This document shows positions 1-7,753 of a DNA stretch of 64,000 nucleotides, piece after piece (positions within the stretch are counted from its first letter, which is position 1; every line of letters starts with the position of its first letter). The stretch comes from an uncultured virus (IMG/VR IMGVR_UViG_3300035698_030063) (taxonomy: Duplodnaviria; Heunggongvirae; Uroviricota; Caudoviricetes): the IMG/VR virus record IMGVR_UViG_3300035698_030063; one strand, given 5' to 3'. Below the pieces are notes generated by a model. It worked only from the letters and a program-made list of their open reading frames with translations. It was not told the DNA's origin and searched no databases. A program made the position numbers and the translations under genes.

Positions 1-1
1 A

Positions 2-190
2 ATAGAAGATATATCAGAAGAAATGATTAAGCAGTTTAAGACTACCAACCAAAATATTCAAGAGATTAATGATAAGTTATATGTCATGAGCAAGAATATT
101 GATACTTTAAATAATAAAGTAGATAATCTTGATAATAAATTAGATATAGTTATTAAAACAAATTCTTTAAGATCTGCTAATACTTTTTAG
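2..190 (+). CDS. 3' end of a coiled-coil protein (partial, runs off window start)
   Basis: Open frame from base 2 (IEDISEEMIKQFKTTNQNIQEINDKLYVMSKNIDTLNNKVDNLDNKLDIV...) to TAG 188-190; heptad pattern; followed by hairpin and terminator. Confidence 0.6.
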   Translation: MEDISEEMIKQFKTTNQNIQEINDKLYVMSKNIDTLNNKVDNLDNKLDIVIKTNSLRSANTF

Positions 191-219
191 TATATTAAAT
201 ATATTTTAATATACTAAAA
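185..219. repeat. Perfect 15-bp inverted repeat with 5-nt loop
   Basis: TTTTAGTATATTAAA (185-199) - TATAT - TTTAATATACTAAAA (205-219). Confidence 0.85.
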
Positions 220-251
220 GCCACTACTTTCAACAAGGTAGTGGTTTTTTT
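219..251 (+). terminator. Rho-independent terminator
   Basis: AGCCACTAC...GTAGTGGTT stem followed by T run. Confidence 0.75.
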
Positions 252-253
252 GT

Positions 254-281
254 TTGAAAGTGAAAGTGATTTAGTTAAAGT
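254..281 (+). promoter_or_regulatory. Possible sigma70-type early promoter
   Basis: TTGAAA-N16-TAAAGT upstream of small-gene cluster; shares TTGAAA(A)GTGAAA with 3179-3206. Confidence 0.35.
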
Positions 282-313
282 AAAGAATAATTTTAATTTA
301 TTGAGGCAAAAAG

Positions 314-541
314 ATGAATTTAAAAGCAAAAGAAGGTAAATTTATAGATAAGAAAAATTTTGACAATCTGATAGGCTTGTATAATAAAAATTTAATAACC
401 TATGAGACTGTTATAGATCGTATCATACAGTTACAGAAAAGACTTGTGATAAATGATATTGTGGGAGAAGGAGATGGGATAGTTGCAAAAGAAGTTCTTG
501 CAAGAAGAATGGAACATGTAGGAATAGAAGTTGTTATATAA
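314..541 (+). CDS. Hypothetical protein (75 aa)
   Basis: ORF with GAGG SD; tight packing. Confidence 0.6.
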   Translation: MNLKAKEGKFIDKKNFDNLIGLYNKNLITYETVIDRIIQLQKRLVINDIVGEGDGIVAKEVLARRMEHVGIEVVI

Positions 542-553
542 AATAGGAATAAA

Positions 554-751
554 ATGAGAAAAAAGAATAATAATTGGTATTATTGCAATATTTGCGAGAA
601 ACCTATGAGGACAAAAGAATTAGATGGTTTATGTAAAGATTGCCATTTATATCTTTGTCTTGATTCTAAATGTTCTCGATGTTTAGAGGCGAAAGAAATG
701 GTCGATTTTTTGATTAAAGAAATAGACAAGATGCTAGACCTTAGACCTTAG
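554..751 (+). CDS. Small Cys-rich (Zn-finger-like) protein
   Basis: CxxC pairs: CNIC, CKDC, CSRC; AGGA SD. Confidence 0.6.
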   Translation: MRKKNNNWYYCNICEKPMRTKELDGLCKDCHLYLCLDSKCSRCLEAKEMVDFLIKEIDKMLDLRP

Positions 752-804
752 ACTATTGAGTCATATCGACCCAAAAAAAAAGATTTAAAAGCGAAAATAA
801 AGAA

Positions 805-999
805 ATGAATTTAAATAGATTGAAAGAGTTAGAGCAAGAAGTTGTATCTTTAAAGAATAGTGGAGATGATCCTAGTTGGCAATTATCTACCTTGATATTT
901 GATAGAGGTTCTGATGTGTTGCCTTTTATAAAAAAACATTGTTCAGAGTCTTATGTCGAGATTTTAGAAGGGTATATTAGAGGTTATCATGACACATGA
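805..999 (+). CDS. Hypothetical protein (64 aa)
   Basis: ORF in tightly packed + strand cluster. Confidence 0.55.
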   Translation: MNLNRLKELEQEVVSLKNSGDDPSWQLSTLIFDRGSDVLPFIKKHCSESYVEILEGYIRGYHDT

Positions 1000-1014
1000 T
1001 CTAGGAGAGAAGAG

Positions 1015-1359
1015 TTGATAGAAGGCATGTATGAAGTAGGAGAGAAAGTCAGACTAAAAACATGGTCTCGATTAGTAGAAGATTTTGGTTTGGATAATAA
1101 TAGAAACATAATAATAAGATCGGGATATAGATATAATATTGAATCTGAGAAAGATATTACATCTAAAACTGTTGATAGGATTGTGGCTATTTCGTCCACT
1201 TCTCCTATTTTTTATGATAGGCATTTTGAATGGTATTATGTGGTGAATGAAGATAGAAAAAATAGATGGTGGTTGCTTGCTGAATTGATTGATGGGCTAG
1301 TTGAGGATTATAAACGACCATACCCTATCAACGATCGTTTTGAGATTTTAGATTTATGA
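1015..1359 (+). CDS. Small SH3/KOW-like protein with C-terminal PINDRFEILDL tag
   Basis: AGGAG SD before TTG; YEVGEKVRLK N-terminus; ends RFEILDL-stop. Confidence 0.7.
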   Translation: MIEGMYEVGEKVRLKTWSRLVEDFGLDNNRNIIIRSGYRYNIESEKDITSKTVDRIVAISSTSPIFYDRHFEWYYVVNEDRKNRWWLLAELIDGLVEDYKRPYPINDRFEILDL

Positions 1360-1598
1360 AGTATGGAATAGGTCAACAAGTAAAGATGAAGAAAACTTAT
1401 CCTGATTTTGGTTATAATGCTTTTTTCGCGAAATATGATTACGTATTTACTATAAAGAGTTATGACGGTTTTTATTATTCAGTAGAAGAAGATTTTATTT
1501 TGTATAGAGATGATTCTATAGAAGGTTTATATGTAGAAGGTTTATATGTAGAAGAAACAGACCCTATTTACGATCGTTTTGAGATTTTAGATTTATAA
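1356..1598 (+). CDS. Small SH3/KOW-like protein with C-terminal PIYDRFEILDL tag (probable paralog of 1015-1359)
   Basis: ATGA overlap; YGIGQQVKMK N-terminus; IEGLYVE vs IDGLVE; ends RFEILDL-stop. Confidence 0.7.
   Translation: MKYGIGQQVKMKKTYPDFGYNAFFAKYDYVFTIKSYDGFYYSVEEDFILYRDDSIEGLYVEGLYVEETDPIYDRFEILDL
1521..1554 (+). repeat. 15-bp in-frame tandem duplication (EGLYV x2)
   Basis: GAAGGTTTATATGTA GAAGGTTTATATGTA GAAG. Confidence 0.8.
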
Positions 1599-1612
1599 TT
1601 TTGGAATAAAAA

Positions 1613-1876
1613 ATGTATGATGAAACATTTGCTAAGCAATTATCTGAGTTAAGTGATTTTGCTCTAACTATAAGTGGGACTAAAAATGACTATAGTAAAG
1701 AAGATATGTTTAATGCTTCTTTAGTATTTTTTGAAGTTTTTACATCTCTCATGCATGATCATCATAAGGATAAATTAACTCAGGAGCAGTTAGAGATTCT
1801 TTCTGAAGAGGCTGGTAAGAGTATTCATCAAACTGTTGAGATTTTTACTGGGATTGATTTGAAAGGTATATATTGA
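1613..1876 (+). CDS. Hypothetical protein (87 aa)
   Basis: ORF, tight packing. Confidence 0.6.
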   Translation: MYDETFAKQLSELSDFALTISGTKNDYSKEDMFNASLVFFEVFTSLMHDHHKDKLTQEQLEILSEEAGKSIHQTVEIFTGIDLKGIY

Positions 1877-2163
1877 TGAAGTTAATTAAGTGGTTTAAAA
1901 AAAAGTTCAAGACAGTTTACTGTAATGAATGTAAATATAGAGGAGAAGAAAGTTGGTATAGACAACATGATTGTCACGCTTCTCCATATGTTTTTTTTGA
2001 AACAAAAGGATCATTATTAAAACGTCCAGAGACAACACGATATGAGGGATATCGTTTTTGTGAGAAAGTGAAAAAATTTCCTTGGTGTTCTAAATATAAG
2101 CAGCTAACTGAAGAAGATATACAAGCGAGAAAAGAAGCAAAAGAAATAAAGCGTAAAAAATAA
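1873..2163 (+). CDS. Hypothetical Cys-containing basic protein
   Basis: CNECKY..C..C..C pattern; TGATG overlap (ATG at 1876 likely start). Confidence 0.55.
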   Translation: MMKLIKWFKKKFKTVYCNECKYRGEESWYRQHDCHASPYVFFETKGSLLKRPETTRYEGYRFCEKVKKFPWCSKYKQLTEEDIQARKEAKEIKRKK

Positions 2164-2268
2164 ATAAATACAGTCTTAGGAATTGCAATCCTCTTAAGAA
2201 GAAAATAAGAAGAGAAATTAACGAATTGGATTTTGAGATGAAGTTTCCATTTTATAGAAAGGGTAGTT

Positions 2269-2361
2269 ATGAAGTTCGAAGAAAAGAGTAAAAAGTTGAG
2301 AGATGCTTATAAGAAGAAAGTTAAAAGAAATAAAAAGAAGATGAAAGAAGGAGAAAAATAA
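2269..2361 (+). CDS. Very small Lys-rich ORF (30 aa, not in ORF track)
   Basis: MKFEEKSKKLRDAYKKKVKRNKKKMKEGEK; AAGGG SD; TAATG coupling to next gene. Confidence 0.35.
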   Translation: MKFEEKSKKLRDAYKKKVKRNKKKMKEGEK

Positions 2362-2795
2362 TGCAGAAGATAGTTGTGAATAAGTGTTATGGCGGCTTTG
2401 GGCTTTCTATGAAAGCTCAAGAAGAGTATTTGAAATTGATAGGTAAAAAAGCATATTTCTATGTTATGTCTAAATATAAACATCGAGATGGAGTTGAAGA
2501 ACATAAGAAGATAGAAGTTGGGTCTGAAGGAGGCTTTTTTTCTAACACTTTAACAAAGGACTTTGGAGAAACTTTTGAAAAGTTCGGAGACGAACATAAT
2601 GATAATTTTTTCTTATCTATGGATATAGAGAGAGATGATCCTAAGTTGATTGAAGTTATAGAGAAGTTGGGAGACGAAGCTAACGGAGGTTGTGCCCAAC
2701 TTGCAATCGTAGAAATTCCTGATGGTGTTAAATGGGTCATAGATGATTATGATGGAATGGAAAGTGTAGAAGAAGAACATAGAAGTTGGTATTAA
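2361..2795 (+). CDS. Conserved phage hypothetical protein
   Basis: KIVVNKCYGGFGLS...RDDPKLIEVIEKLG...IVEIPD..W.IDDYDGMESVEE.HRSW pattern recognised from phage hypotheticals. Confidence 0.75.
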   Translation: MQKIVVNKCYGGFGLSMKAQEEYLKLIGKKAYFYVMSKYKHRDGVEEHKKIEVGSEGGFFSNTLTKDFGETFEKFGDEHNDNFFLSMDIERDDPKLIEVIEKLGDEANGGCAQLAIVEIPDGVKWVIDDYDGMESVEEEHRSWY

Positions 2796-2810
2796 TAAAG
2801 GATATTAAAA

Positions 2811-3164
2811 ATGGGTATTAAACGTTGTAAGATATGTGATGAGTTTATTTATGATTTTGAAGTAAAGGCAGGTAAGAAGCATAAATGTTTACCTTTGTGG
2901 TTATGTAGAATAAGTGATGGAGATGATGATAAATATACTGAAGAGGAGAAGGCAGAATGGTTTGAGTATAAATCTCATGCTTATAGTGCGTCAACTGCTG
3001 CTGAGCAATGTGCAGAAGAGCAAGAACCTAATTGGGACTATTCTTTTATTAATAATGGAGGGGTAGATATCGATGTTAAGGATCCTAAGACAGGAGAGGT
3101 AGAGAAGTTTTTTGTAAGCGCAGAGCAGGTTATTGAATACCATACTAGTAAAAGGAAAGAATAG
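2811..3164 (+). CDS. Hypothetical protein with N-terminal CxxC...HxC
   Basis: AAGGA SD; CKIC...HKC. Confidence 0.65.
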   Translation: MGIKRCKICDEFIYDFEVKAGKKHKCLPLWLCRISDGDDDKYTEEEKAEWFEYKSHAYSASTAAEQCAEEQEPNWDYSFINNGGVDIDVKDPKTGEVEKFFVSAEQVIEYHTSKRKE

Positions 3165-3178
3165 AGGATTTTTTAATG

Positions 3179-3206
3179 TTGAAAAGTGAAAATAAAGTGA
3201 TACAAT
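3179..3206 (+). promoter_or_regulatory. Possible sigma70-type promoter with extended -10
   Basis: TTGAAA-N16-TACAAT with TG upstream of the -10, in the intergenic gap before the macrodomain gene. Confidence 0.45.
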
Positions 3207-3233
3207 AGTAAATTATTATCATAGCAAGGTGAA

Positions 3234-3827
3234 ATGATGTCAGAATTTGAAGAAATTAGTGAAGATTTAGAAGTAAGTCTTACAAATAGGGAAATTAACG
3301 AAAAGACTCCATATGTGGATATAGAGCTTACTATGGGAGATATTACACAGATTGAAGTAGATGCTGTTGTTAATGCGGCACATGACGATCTTACAGGAGG
3401 AGGGGGAGTTGATGGGGCTATTCATAAGGCGGCAGGTCAGAAGCTCTTGGGAGAATGTCTTAATTTGTATGGATGTCCTCAAGGAGAAGCTAGAATTACA
3501 GGTGCTTATGATATGCCTTCTAAATATGTTATTCACACTGTTGGTCCTGTTTGGGTTCCTTCTTTACCTCCTGATATAAAATTTAGGATGTTAAGAGATT
3601 GTTATAACAGTTGTTTATTATTAGCTGAGAGTCAGGGATTAAAATCAATAGCATTTCCTTGCATTTCCACAGGTGCTTATTGTTTTCCAAAAGATTTAGC
3701 ATCTACGTGTGCTTTTGAAACGATTAAAACGTTTTTTAATGATCGTAAGGGTACGTATATAGATGAAGTTTACATTGTTTGTTTTGATAAGCAGAATTTT
3801 AAAGAATATGAAAAAATATTAACTTAG
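3234..3827 (+). CDS. Macrodomain protein (YmdB/MacroD-like ADP-ribose hydrolase)
   Basis: GDIT..VDAVVNAAH..L.GGGGVDGAIH.AAG, VIHTVGPVW and SIAFPCISTGAYCFP motifs. Confidence 0.92.
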   Translation: MMSEFEEISEDLEVSLTNREINEKTPYVDIELTMGDITQIEVDAVVNAAHDDLTGGGGVDGAIHKAAGQKLLGECLNLYGCPQGEARITGAYDMPSKYVIHTVGPVWVPSLPPDIKFRMLRDCYNSCLLLAESQGLKSIAFPCISTGAYCFPKDLASTCAFETIKTFFNDRKGTYIDEVYIVCFDKQNFKEYEKILT

Positions 3828-3840
3828 AAGGTGGTAATGT

Positions 3841-4059
3841 ATGAGATTAAGTAAAGCATCGAAGACACCAAGGAATTTGCCTTGTACCTGTGGTAGTGGA
3901 AAGAAATATAAAAAGTGCTGTTTGGTGAAACAGCAGGAGCAAGAAGCTATACAGTTCAAAGCTATGAGATTGGCGGCAGAGGCTAAAGAAGTAGAAAAAG
4001 AGAATATTGATAGATGCACTAACTCAGACCAAAATAAAGTTGTTGAAAAAGATGCTTGA
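3841..4059 (+). CDS. SEC-C motif (Zn-binding) protein
   Basis: RNLPCTCGSGKKYKKCC. Confidence 0.85.
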   Translation: MRLSKASKTPRNLPCTCGSGKKYKKCCLVKQQEQEAIQFKAMRLAAEAKEVEKENIDRCTNSDQNKVVEKDA

Positions 4060-4183
4060 ACAAAATGGCATAAATGATATGTTTGATTTTCAAGTTGACG
4101 AAAATACTGGTAAATTGGTTATAACTAAGAAGCAGAAAACAGATAAATTTATAGATAGTAGATTTGACATTTTGGATTTATGA
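4007..4183 (+). CDS. Small protein with C-terminal FIDSRFDILDL tag (58 aa from TTG 4007 or 43 aa from ATG 4052; not in ORF track)
   Basis: ...MLEQNGINDMFDFQVDENTGKLVITKKQKTDKFIDSRFDILDL-TGA (4181-4183); fills the gap between neighbours. Confidence 0.7.
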   Translation: MIDALTQTKIKLLKKMLEQNGINDMFDFQVDENTGKLVITKKQKTDKFIDSRFDILDL

Positions 4184-4184
4184 T

Positions 4185-4706
4185 ATGGTAGAAGAAGTAA
4201 AATTTGGTGATAAGATAATGGGCAAACCTAAAAAGAATCAAAGGGGTTTTATTCTTTACCCTCCTAAGCCTGAAGAAAAGATTAAGGTTCGTTTTGTTGG
4301 TAAGCAACAAAAGATATATCAACAGTGGAATAGTGCTACAAAAACGTTTACTTGTTCTGAAAGAAAGCAAGAAGGATATATTACTAGGGTGGTTTCTTTT
4401 GTAATAGATAGAGCGGATGAGAAAATCAAGGCTTTTTTATGTCCAGCTTCTGCATATCAGCAATTGGGAAATTTAGGTGAGCCTGATCATGATTTTGTTG
4501 TCCATAGACATGGCAGGGGTTTGAATACTAAATATGATGTAATAAGTTTAGGAAAGACTGAGGTTAGTCAAGATCTTTTGGATAGAATAGAGATTACTGC
4601 AAATACTTATTCTCTTTCAGATATTTTTATAAGAGACGTTAAATGGGAGCTTTTGGATAAAGATTATGAACCTATTGAAAATAGATTTGATATTTTAGAT
4701 TTGTAA
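4185..4706 (+). CDS. gp32-like single-stranded DNA-binding protein-like, with C-terminal PIENRFDILDL tag
   Basis: KVRFVG..W...RVVSFVIDRADEKIK...YQQL...DHDFVVHRHGRGLNTKYDV resembles phage gp32-like OB-fold SSBs; ATG 4185 preferred over TTG 4164. Confidence 0.55.
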   Translation: MVEEVKFGDKIMGKPKKNQRGFILYPPKPEEKIKVRFVGKQQKIYQQWNSATKTFTCSERKQEGYITRVVSFVIDRADEKIKAFLCPASAYQQLGNLGEPDHDFVVHRHGRGLNTKYDVISLGKTEVSQDLLDRIEITANTYSLSDIFIRDVKWELLDKDYEPIENRFDILDL

Positions 4707-4780
4707 AAGATTTTTTAGAGGATTTTTAAAATTTTCCTGTAATAAATAAATAGATATTAAATATTTTCAGGAGAATTATT

Positions 4781-5167
4781 TTGGCCAAGAAAGAATCATC
4801 AATCTTAAAAAAAGCAGGAATAATTATTTCTATTATTGTGGGTATTGTTGTTATAGTCCCATCTATTATTGGTGTTGATAAATATTTTGCTAAAACAACT
4901 GATGTTGAAAAAGTTGTGGTTGAATTAAAGAATACTGATCAATCTCTTAACCAGAGAATAGAAATAGGCATTATAGACGATCAGATATTTCAACAGGAGC
5001 AGACAATTCAAAGAATAGAAGATTGGCAGAGGTACGCTCAACGTAAAGAACAGCCAATATTAACACCTATTGAGAAAGAAATTTTGCAAAAAGCTAGAAT
5101 GAGAAAAGCTCAATTAGAGGGCAAAAAAGAAGATAAGATTAAAGCATATGAGAAAGGGAATAAGTAA
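4781..5167 (+). CDS. Single-pass membrane protein with coiled coil
   Basis: Hydrophobic IIISIIVGIVVIVPSII then Q/E/K-rich helix; AGGAG SD before TTG. Confidence 0.65.
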   Translation: MAKKESSILKKAGIIISIIVGIVVIVPSIIGVDKYFAKTTDVEKVVVELKNTDQSLNQRIEIGIIDDQIFQQEQTIQRIEDWQRYAQRKEQPILTPIEKEILQKARMRKAQLEGKKEDKIKAYEKGNK

Positions 5168-5589
5168 TGAAAATTATAAAAAGCAGTTTATATATGAGAA
5201 AAGAAGCTATTTGGTCTAAAATGCCTGTAGGGGATCCTAATCTACCTGGACAGCTTACTGAGCAGGATATAACAGGTGGGATGGAAGATGATACTGCTTA
5301 TGGTCAGCGAGGGGAATCACATCTTGATAATGCCATTTTATATTATACATATGATTATGATTATAATGAGAACATGGCTACTAATATAAAGCCAATATTA
5401 TCTGTAGATAATAGATATGGAAGTCATATTTCAGATACTAGTGAGTTAGGAATGTTAGTGGAAAGTAATGAAGATCAGATAAGAAATGATATAGAGCATT
5501 TTGAAGAAGATGCTAAAATTGAAAGACAGCCAGGATATGGTCAACCAGAATATGATCCTGTTGATCAGTATGACGATATTGGTTTTTGA
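5167..5589 (+). CDS. Acidic hypothetical protein (possible head protein)
   Basis: TAATG coupling; basic leader MKIIKSSLYMRKEA, acidic body, ends YDDIGF. Confidence 0.6.
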   Translation: MKIIKSSLYMRKEAIWSKMPVGDPNLPGQLTEQDITGGMEDDTAYGQRGESHLDNAILYYTYDYDYNENMATNIKPILSVDNRYGSHISDTSELGMLVESNEDQIRNDIEHFEEDAKIERQPGYGQPEYDPVDQYDDIGF

Positions 5590-5596
5590 GAAAAAT

Positions 5597-5630
5597 AGCC
5601 ACTCTATCTTATAAGTAGAGTGGTTTTTTT
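5597..5630 (+). terminator. Rho-independent terminator
   Basis: AGCCACTCTAT...GTAGAGTGGTT stem plus T run; same AGCCACT/AGTGGTTTT design as 219-251. Confidence 0.8.
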
Positions 5631-5712
5631 ATGTCCTTAGATATCGGTTGTGTGTCAAAAATATAAAAAAATGACGATATAATATTAGTTATTAAATTTT
5701 TTGGAGAAAAAT

Positions 5713-6105
5713 ATGAATGGTTTGACACCAGAAGAAAAACAGACGGCATTTACATATGCTGCGAATGGCGCTGATTTTATGTTTATGCCAAGTCCTGAAT
5801 TACGTTCTAAAATCGCTCTGGGTTGCCCAGAAGCTGATGGAATTAACAATGTGATGACAGCCATCCTTATACAGGGAAAGCCCACCAGATTGGAATCTAA
5901 GATGGTTGTCAGGTATTGTAAGGGTACGTTAGACAAAAATAATACTTGGCTGTTCGATAATGGCAATATAAAGGTGGTTCCTAAACGATTTAAACAACCA
6001 GAAAAGCTAAAATCAGAAGAAGATAAAAGGATAGACAGGGAGATAAAAGAAAAAGGAAAAGCATCTGTTATGATAAAAAAAGAGGAGAATAGCAATGAAG
6101 AATGA
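5713..6105 (+). CDS. Hypothetical protein
   Basis: GGAG SD before ATG 5713 (track start TTG 5701). Confidence 0.6.
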   Translation: MNGLTPEEKQTAFTYAANGADFMFMPSPELRSKIALGCPEADGINNVMTAILIQGKPTRLESKMVVRYCKGTLDKNNTWLFDNGNIKVVPKRFKQPEKLKSEEDKRIDREIKEKGKASVMIKKEENSNEE

Positions 6106-6379
6106 AAGTAATAATAAGGGAACTATGGATAAGACATCTAAGAAAACAACTGTTAAAAAGAATAGCAAGGGTAAAGCCGTTTCAATTACTCAGTTTAAAG
6201 ATTTAGAGGGAAAATTTCTACATGTTAAAGTCGGGCATGAGATGCGTCCTGCTAGCGTAGAGGATATAGAATCAATTCAAGAACAATTGGTTAATTTATT
6301 TGAGAAGAATAATGTTAACTGTTTAGCATTTGTTACCCATCATGCTGTTGAGATGGACATCATAGAAAAGGATAATTAA
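6095..6379 (+). CDS. Hypothetical protein
   Basis: GAGGAG SD; overlapping operon arrangement. Confidence 0.65.
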   Translation: MKNESNNKGTMDKTSKKTTVKKNSKGKAVSITQFKDLEGKFLHVKVGHEMRPASVEDIESIQEQLVNLFEKNNVNCLAFVTHHAVEMDIIEKDN

Positions 6380-6801
6380 TGGAGTGTAAAATGTTAAAAA
6401 AGCCTGTTTTTGAGAATTTTACGGAATATTGGTATTATGCCAGATACTTATCGAGGGAACAGAGAAAACTTATATTTAAAAGTCTTTCTTCTAAACAAAG
6501 AAAGTTCTTAGATAATTCTTATTTAAGCGAGGGATGGTGTGATTTATTTTATCGTAATGAGGTTGATGTAAAAATAGATGAACTGAAAGAATTTTATGGT
6601 TACGATGTTCTAGAGATACGTTTAAAAGTTTTAAAAGGAAAAAGTGTGTATGTCCCCGCTAAATTTTGGAAAATAGCAGAAGAGCAGTTTAATCAGTATG
6701 TTCCAGAAGCAGTTAATTTTGTTATAGGAGGTTTGAGAGCTATTCCTGATAAGGAGAACAAACAAGTTTGTCTGATTGTTTATGACCCATCAGATGATTG
6801 A
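6379..6801 (+). CDS. Hypothetical protein
   Basis: TAATG coupling; 140 aa. Confidence 0.65.
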   Translation: MECKMLKKPVFENFTEYWYYARYLSREQRKLIFKSLSSKQRKFLDNSYLSEGWCDLFYRNEVDVKIDELKEFYGYDVLEIRLKVLKGKSVYVPAKFWKIAEEQFNQYVPEAVNFVIGGLRAIPDKENKQVCLIVYDPSDD

Positions 6802-6839
6802 AATTTTACAATTTTATATTTTTAATTACTGGGAGTCCT

Positions 6840-7682
6840 ATGTCTAGAAAAAAATGTAATGGGAATGGAAATGGTAATGACAGTAGTGTTGAGAAAAATA
6901 GTAAAATAAAAAGTGAAGTAAAGAAGAAATACATAAAGCCGAGAATATCAGTAACGGCAAAAAGTGAAAATCAAAGATTGCTTTTAAAATCAATCAAAGA
7001 AAACTTAGTCACAATTGTAGCAGGCCCTCCAGGAACTGGGAAAGCTCAACCTTTAGATTCAAAAGTCTATACTCCTAATGGGGTTAAGCTAATGAAGGAT
7101 ATAAATATTGGAGATGAAGTTTCCACTCCTGACGGAGGAGTTTCGAAGGTTATAGATGTTTTTCCTCAAGGTGAAAAGGATGTTTATCGTATATTTTTTA
7201 TGGATGGAGATTATGTCGAGTGCTGCAAGGATCATTTATGGAGAATTAAAGACAAATATAAATACAAGGAAAAATATAAAAACAAATATAGAGTAGAAGA
7301 TAGTTAATAGGAAGATAAAAGAGACTAATCATATTGGTAAAAAAAGTGTCAATGTATAAGTGTGAATGATGATAAGAAGTTATATCTAACAGATAATTTT
7401 ATTGTCACTCATAACACATTTAGAAATTCTTTTATCATTCTTGATGAAGCTCAAAATACTAGCCCAGAACAAGTTAGAATGTTTCTAACAAGGATAGGGG
7501 AGAATTGTAAGGTTGTTATTACAGGGGATCCTTTTCAAACCGATATTAGAGGTAAAAACGGGCTAGTAGATGCTTGTGAAAGATTGGAGGGAGTAAATAA
7601 TCTTAGTATTATTGAATTCACCAAAGAGGATATTGTAAGAAATCCTATTGTTGCGGAAATTGAAGAAAGATATTCTGAGTAA
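6840..7682 (+). pseudogene. phoH: PhoH-like ATPase, intein-interrupted, frameshifted and internally deleted
   Basis: KSENQ..L...GPPGTGK (Walker A) | intein | TFRNSFIILDEAQN...FLTRIGENCKVVITGDPFQTD...DIVRNPIV. In-frame stops at 7305-7310, 7326 and 7338; the usual segment between Walker A and RGR-T is absent. Confidence 0.85.
7044..7415 (+). mobile_element. Degenerate Ala-start mini-intein (HINT domain, no endonuclease)
   Basis: AQPLDSKVYTPNG...CCKDHLW (blocks A/B); CQCISV...LYLTDNFIVTHN|T (blocks F/G); KIVNRKIKETNHIGKK lies in a shifted frame. Confidence 0.85.
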
Positions 7683-7685
7683 AAT

Positions 7686-7727
7686 AAAGGTTTTGAAGTA
7701 AGAAAAAGCGAATATTTGTATTATATA
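7686..7727 (+). promoter_or_regulatory. Putative phage-specific (late) promoter motif
   Basis: AAAGG-N19-GAATATTTGTATTATATA; same layout recurs in other intergenic gaps. Confidence 0.45.
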
Positions 7728-7753
7728 GGGACGATTGTACTCTTGGAGAGATA

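Noticed and set aside
735..754. TAGACCT x3 microrepeat and MLDL near the end of ORF 554-751 as a sixth tag
   Set aside because: Lacks the RF[DE]I core and is not terminal (LDLRP-stop); probably slippage.
1324..4706. RF[DE]ILDL-coding repeats as CRISPR repeats or integron attC sites
   Set aside because: Spacing is irregular, the copies are in frame at gene ends with synonymous variation, there is no attC-like palindrome, and no cas or integrase gene is present.
7044..7415. Functional naturally split intein (trans-splicing of 6840-7307 with 7362-7682)
   Set aside because: The C-part has no convincing SD/start upstream of block F, and the spliced product would lack the central PhoH region.
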